Assembly: GCA_965214605.1 (NCBI GenBank)
Contig: OZ243961.1
Span: 1,152,001 to 1,216,000 of the forward strand
From: an uncultured Candidatus Binatia bacterium
GTDB taxonomy: Bacteria > Desulfobacterota > Binatia > Bin18
Reading direction: 5' to 3'
DNA: 64,000 nucleotides
In this document: positions 61,610 through 64,000 of the stretch, piece by piece
How positions within the stretch are numbered: position 1 is the first letter of the stretch
Layout of the letters: each line of letters begins with the position of its first letter
Notes under the pieces: model-generated
Databases searched by the model: none
Seen by the model: only the letters and a program-made list of their open reading frames with translations
Told to the model about the DNA's origin: nothing
Made by a program: the position numbers and the translations under genes

Positions 61610-62764
61610 ATGGAAGCGTGGCCGAAAAAGCTCTGCAAATCTCAGCCTACCTTTCCGGCCGATGCTTGGGAGCACGTCCTGGCCAGCCTCGAAGAAGGAA
61701 TTGTTGTCATTGGTCAGGATCAGCGGATCGCCTTTCTCAATCCTACCGCGGCAACCCTCATCGGCCAGTCGCTGGCCCAGGTCGGCCATCAGTCGTACAG
61801 CCAAGTCTTTGCCGCCAACGCCTGGATCGTCGATATTATTGAGCGGACGCTGAATTCAGCCTACAGCCCAACCGCCGGCGAAGGGATTATTACCAGTCGC
61901 CTGCAGCGTTTGACACCGGCCCGGGCGACCTGTTCGCCGATCTTTAACGACAAGACGCAGCTGCTGGGTCTGAGCCTCGTCCTGCACGATTTGAGCTACC
62001 AAAAAGAGCTTGCCGAAGAAGCTCAGCGTGCCGATCACCTGACCCAACTAGGGGTGGTCGCCGCCGGACTAGCGCATGAGATCAAAAACCCCTTGGCCGG
62101 TATCCGGGGAGCGGCTCAGTTACTGCACAGTCAGTTCGGCGGCTCATCAGCGGCCCAGACCGCTGATGAGTATACCATAGCCATGATTCGAGAAATCGAC
62201 CGCTTGAACGCGCTGTTGGAGCAGCTGCTGCAGTTAGCGGCCCCACTGCGCTTTGACCTGCAACCGATCAATGTTCATAAGGTCCTGGCCGAGGTGCTGC
62301 TGCTTGAGCGCGCAGCTGTTTCACCTGAGATTCAGATCCAGACCCACTTTGACCCGAGTCTCCCGGACGTGTTGGGAGATGAAGCATTGCTAGCCCAGGT
62401 GTTTCGTAATCTCATTAAGAATAGCCTACAGGCCCTCAACGACTGCCGTCACGGCAGCCTAACCCTCTCAACCCGGATGGCGACCGACTTCCATCTGTTG
62501 CGTAGCAAACACAGCGACCGGGCCCGGCAGGGTCGCTTCCTGTCAATCGACTTCACCGATAACGGGCCGGGTATTGCCGCTGAGCATCTGTCCCAACTTT
62601 TTACCCCCTTCTTCACCACCAAAAGCCAAGGCACAGGCTTAGGACTGCCCGTCAGCCAACGGATTATCGCCCAGCACGGCGGCATCATCCGGGTCGAAAG
62701 CGAGTTCGGCCGGGGCGCACACTTCCAGATCTATTTACCCATCAGTCCCCACTCGCAGTCGTGA
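61610..62764 (+). CDS. PAS-domain sensor histidine kinase (NtrB-like)
   Basis: AHEIKNPLAGIRGAAQLL, DPSLP, NLIKN, DNGPG, FFTTK and GTGLGL. Confidence 0.92.
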   Translation: MEAWPKKLCKSQPTFPADAWEHVLASLEEGIVVIGQDQRIAFLNPTAATLIGQSLAQVGHQSYSQVFAANAWIVDIIERTLNSAYSPTAGEGIITSRLQRLTPARATCSPIFNDKTQLLGLSLVLHDLSYQKELAEEAQRADHLTQLGVVAAGLAHEIKNPLAGIRGAAQLLHSQFGGSSAAQTADEYTIAMIREIDRLNALLEQLLQLAAPLRFDLQPINVHKVLAEVLLLERAAVSPEIQIQTHFDPSLPDVLGDEALLAQVFRNLIKNSLQALNDCRHGSLTLSTRMATDFHLLRSKHSDRARQGRFLSIDFTDNGPGIAAEHLSQLFTPFFTTKSQGTGLGLPVSQRIIAQHGGIIRVESEFGRGAHFQIYLPISPHSQS

Positions 62765-62770
62765 GCAACT

Positions 62771-64000
62771 ATGCAACAGCACACCCCTTTTAACAGCACT
62801 CCGGGCACCATTCTTATTGCTGACGACGAAGAGCTCATCCGACGCGTGTTAGCCGACACTCTGCGCGATGCGGGTCACACGGTCGAAACGGTAGACAACG
62901 GGGCGCGGGCCTCGCAGGCGCTGGCCTCCAAGGCTTTTGACCTAGCTCTGCTTGACATCCGTATGCCGGAACGCAGCGGTCTTGACATTCTTCTGCAGAC
63001 TCAACAAGAACCCCAGGCAGACCAGCAGCGACCAACACCGATCATTATCATGACCGGCCAGACTACCCTCGGTAACGCCATTGAGGCGATGAAGCGCGGC
63101 GCGTTTGATTACTTGACCAAACCTTTTAACATCGAAGAAGTCAAAGCCCTCGTCACGCGCGCCCTAGAGATCAGTCGTCTGACTGATAGCCAGCCGTCGG
63201 CGCCTTTTGCTACGGTTGAAGGTCGCAATGACTATATTATTGGCCAGAGCCCGGCCATGCAGCAGATGTATAAGACGATCGGCCGGATTGTACAGAGCGA
63301 TGCAACCGTTCTGTTGCAGGGAGAGAGTGGGACGGGCAAAGAACTCGTCGCACGGGTCATTCATCACCACTCGCCCCGCTGGCGAGCTTCGTTTATCGGT
63401 ATTAACTGTTCGGCCATTCCGTTCGACCTGCTGGAAAGCGAATTCTTTGGCCATGAGCGCGGAGCGTTCACCGGTGCGATTGAACGACGGATCGGCAAAT
63501 TTGAACAGGCTAGTGAGGGCACCCTGTTTCTGGATGAAGTGGCCGATATGCCGATGGCTCTGCAGGCCAAACTGTTGCGGGTCCTGCAAGAGCGGGAGAT
63601 CACTCGAGTTGGCGGACGCGACGTGATTCACGTCAACACTCGGATCATCGCCGCTACCAATCAGGATCTGGCCTTAGCGGTTAAAGCGCAGCGCTTTCGA
63701 GAAGACCTCTTTTTTCGCCTCCAGGTAGTGCCGATCACCCTGCCCGCCCTACGTCAGCGGCGGGAGGATATTCCTGCCTTGACCGCGTACTTTTTAGAGA
63801 AAATCAACCGCAACATGGGGACCGACGTCAGCGGCGTGACACCGGAGGCCGAGGCCATGTTGGTCCGCCACTCGTGGCCGGGTAATGTCCGTGAACTGGA
63901 AAATACGCTGCTGCGAGCCGCCGTCCTGGCCCCTGGGCGGTTGTTGACCCGGACCGACTTGTCGCTGCCAGTTGCCTCTCCTATCCTCCCGGAAAACTTT
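62771..64000 (+). CDS. Sigma54-dependent response regulator (NtrC-like), 3' end outside the window
   Basis: Manual translation: ILIADDEE, LDIRMP, GAFDYLTKPF, GESGTGKE, GAFTGA, FLDEV and WPGNVRELEN. Confidence 0.93.
   Translation, partial: MQQHTPFNSTPGTILIADDEELIRRVLADTLRDAGHTVETVDNGARASQALASKAFDLALLDIRMPERSGLDILLQTQQEPQADQQRPTPIIIMTGQTTLGNAIEAMKRGAFDYLTKPFNIEEVKALVTRALEISRLTDSQPSAPFATVEGRNDYIIGQSPAMQQMYKTIGRIVQSDATVLLQGESGTGKELVARVIHHHSPRWRASFIGINCSAIPFDLLESEFFGHERGAFTGAIERRIGKFEQASEGTLFLDEVADMPMALQAKLLRVLQEREITRVGGRDVIHVNTRIIAATNQDLALAVKAQRFREDLFFRLQVVPITLPALRQRREDIPALTAYFLEKINRNMGTDVSGVTPEAEAMLVRHSWPGNVRELENTLLRAAVLAPGRLLTRTDLSLPVASPILPENF

Overview
GC-rich bacterial chromosomal window with no rRNA, CRISPR array or intact mobile element. 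It carries coenzyme F420 genes (cofG-cofH-cofD-cofE, plus npdG near the far end), tandem ACAD10/LvaA-type phosphotransferases, a circularly permuted ATP-grasp/alpha-E plus transglutaminase locus, class III PHA synthase (phaE-like, phaC), lipid-metabolism genes, tRNA-Ser(CGA) with tadA, an Rrf2 regulator divergent from sir-cysH-cysK, a catabolic cluster (LLM, two 3-HAO-like cupins, Rieske ferredoxin, CocE, MBL, amidohydrolase), groES-groEL and an NtrB/NtrC-like pair. The gene content resembles Binatota/Tectomicrobia-like deltaproteobacterial lineages (inference only). Main findings: (1) a glutathione S-transferase truncated in the ORF track that has an in-frame UGA at the catalytic Cys position (U-P-F-A) and a perfect SECIS-like hairpin 11 nt downstream, i.e. 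a probable selenoprotein directly behind the Rrf2 gene; (2) a shared palindromic operator at the Rrf2 and sulfite-reductase promoters; (3) an operon with two divergent 3-hydroxyanthranilate-dioxygenase-like paralogs that have apparently reordered or lost metal motifs; (4) an HtrA-like protein lacking its whole catalytic triad next to npdG; (5) at least six eroded or frameshifted loci, suggesting genome decay.
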